A stretch of DNA of 64,000 bases. It comes from an uncultured bacterium (lineage in GTDB: Bacteria > Fidelibacterota > Marinisomatia > Marinisomatales > JAHJCW01). Of this stretch, positions 62,033 through 64,000 are shown one piece after another. The translations under genes and the position numbers were made by a program. The notes beneath the pieces were generated by a model. The model worked only from the letters and a program-made list of their open reading frames with translations, was not told where the DNA came from and searched no databases. The stretch is taken from contig CAZWKR010000010.1 in the NCBI GenBank assembly GCA_964634215.1, positions 42,167-106,166 on the forward strand, given 5' to 3'. Numbering within the stretch: the stretch's first letter is position 1; each line of letters opens with the position of its first letter.

Positions 62033-63112
62033 TTACTTTACGGCCGTAACTATATAATTTCCGATTAAATCCAACGCTGATAATTCATTTATGCTAGCTT
62101 CATTCCATCCAATATATGCATTGGAATTTGTAGCTACGATCATGTTTAATTCAGGAAAGTTTACTACAAATTGCCCACCGTGACCTATTGCCATGAATGC
62201 CTCATATCCTTTAATTGTACCAAGCCACCATAAATATCCATATCCACCATTTTCCATCGGTCCCCAAGTCCAACCTTGTTGCTGTTGGGGCATACGATTT
62301 TTTAACGATTCTTCAACCCAATCTCCCGGTACGATCTGTACACCGTTAATTTTACCATCATTTAAATATAAATATCCTAACATAGCCATATCACGCGTTG
62401 TAAAGAACATACTGTTTCCACCAAAATATATACCTTGTGGACTTTGCTGCCAATCTTGAATCGTAATCCCTAACGGATCACATAAGTAATTTTGTCCGAA
62501 TTCCAATGTACTGATATCAGATGAATTTGTAATAATACCGGAAAGCAAGTGGGTCAAAAATGTATTGTAACTATGCCTTTCTCCCGGATTATATAAAAGT
62601 GGTTCTTCAATTGCACTCTGAATCCAATTTGATGTACCATATAACCTGGAATAATTGTTGTGTTCGTGGTCTATTCCACCTTGCATAGTCAATAAATGTT
62701 TAATTGTAATTTCATCTTTTCTTGGATCTAATCCTGAGTGATCATATTCCGGAAAATAATCTAACATTTTATCACTTATGCTATTGATTATACCTTCTTC
62801 TATAGCGATTCCGGTCATTGCTGAAAGATAGCTCTTTGATACCGATCTTATATTAAAACTGGAATCTTCGCTATAACCGCGATAGTATCTTTCAGCAACT
62901 ATATAACCATTTCGGATTACTAAGACACTATAAATAGATGGTCGATTTTCCGCTTCATCTAATGCTGTATTTAAAAGTTCAGTGTCAAATCCTTGCTTAG
63001 CGGGAGTAGATGTTTTCCATTCGAAAATCTCGCCACGTGATTGATTTGGACAAAAATCACAAGAATTAAAAAAGAAAAGGATGACTATTGAAAATATGAT
63101 ATATTTTTTCAT
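62033..63112 (-). CDS. Serine hydrolase, beta-lactamase class C-like lipoprotein
   Basis: Lipobox FNSC, SVSK (SxxK), HLLTM, YNT, YGYLWW, GHGGQ. Confidence 0.85.
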   Translation of the reverse strand: MKKYIIFSIVILFFFNSCDFCPNQSRGEIFEWKTSTPAKQGFDTELLNTALDEAENRPSIYSVLVIRNGYIVAERYYRGYSEDSSFNIRSVSKSYLSAMTGIAIEEGIINSISDKMLDYFPEYDHSGLDPRKDEITIKHLLTMQGGIDHEHNNYSRLYGTSNWIQSAIEEPLLYNPGERHSYNTFLTHLLSGIITNSSDISTLEFGQNYLCDPLGITIQDWQQSPQGIYFGGNSMFFTTRDMAMLGYLYLNDGKINGVQIVPGDWVEESLKNRMPQQQQGWTWGPMENGGYGYLWWLGTIKGYEAFMAIGHGGQFVVNFPELNMIVATNSNAYIGWNEASINELSALDLIGNYIVTAVK

Positions 63113-63136
63113 TAGCAGTTTTCTCGAGTTTGTTAA

Positions 63137-63736
63137 TTATTTTTTACCGAACCTACCGGTAGCATGCCAGTAGGAAGGAATGTTCCCTCTCCATTTTTTC
63201 AAATTTATGGTAATTGCTATATACTCGATCATAATCAATAATTCAATGAATACTGCAAATCTGAATATCCAAGGGAACTGGAAAATAAACCAGATTAGTA
63301 CTGCAAAACTCAGTAGAATTGTATTGATCTTTGCCAATATTGTATGATAGCTCGGCATACGCCCAAATTTTGAAACTGCAAATATTATCGGTATTATGAA
63401 AGCAATCCAAAAAATTAATATTGTTATAATATCTTTATTGACTAAATCCGGCCATAACCAATAACCGCAGATGGGAGCTGTAAAATACATTGCAGTATCT
63501 CCCCAAGTATCGAGCTTTGTACCGAGGTCAGTTATTTGATTTAATTTCCGTGCAAGATAACCATCTAATGCATCAGTTGCGAGTGCAATAGTGAATAATA
63601 TCAAAAACGTAATTGGAAACTGATACCAGGCAAGGATTAACAAAATAGGAACCGATGCAATTCTGAGAAGGCTTATTATGTTCGGGATGGTATACCAATT
63701 GTTATTTTTTGTATAATTTGTCATAACGTTGCTCAA
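63137..63736 (-). CDS. CDP-alcohol phosphatidyltransferase family protein
   Basis: IPNIISLLR, TDALDGYLARKLNQITDLGTKLD signature. Confidence 0.9.
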   Translation of the reverse strand: MSNVMTNYTKNNNWYTIPNIISLLRIASVPILLILAWYQFPITFLILFTIALATDALDGYLARKLNQITDLGTKLDTWGDTAMYFTAPICGYWLWPDLVNKDIITILIFWIAFIIPIIFAVSKFGRMPSYHTILAKINTILLSFAVLIWFIFQFPWIFRFAVFIELLIMIEYIAITINLKKWRGNIPSYWHATGRFGKK

Positions 63737-63749
63737 TTTATAAATTTAA

Positions 63750-64000
63750 TTATTCCAAACTCCCAATCAATTCCTCAACTTCTTCCAATATTTCGCAGGA
63801 TTTTACTAGTTTTTTCATGGCAGTATGGTCTGAATAAAGTGGTCGATCTATATCGAGGAAATCTACGTATTTCCGTATAATTTCTTTAGCTTTAGTGACG
63901 CCTTTGCCAAATGTATAATCACGGAAGTCGAGTGCTTGCGCAGCTGCCATAAATTCAATTCCTAGAATTCCATATGCATTGTCCATTATCTGCATATTTT
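63750..64000 (-). CDS. hutH: Aromatic amino acid (probably histidine) ammonia-lyase, C-terminal part
   Basis: ILGIEFMAAAQALDFR...DRPLY C-terminal HAL/PAL motif; gene runs off the window edge. Confidence 0.7.
   Translation of the reverse strand, partial: NMQIMDNAYGILGIEFMAAAQALDFRDYTFGKGVTKAKEIIRKYVDFLDIDRPLYSDHTAMKKLVKSCEILEEVEELIGSLE

Noticed and set aside
62033..63112. Antibiotic-resistance beta-lactamase
   Set aside because: SxxK family membership only; resembles the broad esterase/amidase group, so resistance cannot be claimed
57790..64000. Minus-strand accessory genes as a longer cassette array
   Set aside because: No further AAC...GTT hairpins found by eye in the intergenic gaps; genes have RBSs and operon-like spacing

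Overview
AT-rich bacterial chromosomal window. Gene content (PorV-like barrel, group II GGGP synthase, Na+-NQR, CdaA, TamB/Omp85, Bat-type MoxR cluster) suggests the FCB superphylum, possibly Ca. Marinimicrobia; this is an inference. Bases 1-56.7 kb are almost entirely + strand housekeeping genes: nuoLMN running directly into nqrABCDEF-apbE (with an inverted nqrM-like gene), pduO, nrnA, ispH, pdxST, dxs, an isobutyryl-CoA-mutase-type large subunit next to an archaeal type II GAPDH-like oxidoreductase, metF, tilS-hpt-ftsH-folP-cdaA, frameshifted prfB, lysS, lolCDE-like, dnaK, tamB/tamA-like, moxR cluster, efp, accBC, gcvH, GGGPS, xerD, ftcD and mutL. From 56.7 kb onward genes are on the - strand and look accessory. 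Best leads: (1) a complete solitary integron-type gene cassette (attC hairpin plus matching core sites, no IntI in view) integrated exactly at the mutL stop codon; (2) the IcmA + archaeal-type GAPDH-like module; (3) a textbook C2H2 zinc finger inserted in FtcD; (4) tandem complex I / Na+-NQR with a terminator embedded in the apbE 5' end; (5) a HicA lacking its catalytic His; (6) an uncalled 42-aa membrane protein. No rRNA, tRNA or CRISPR array was recognised.
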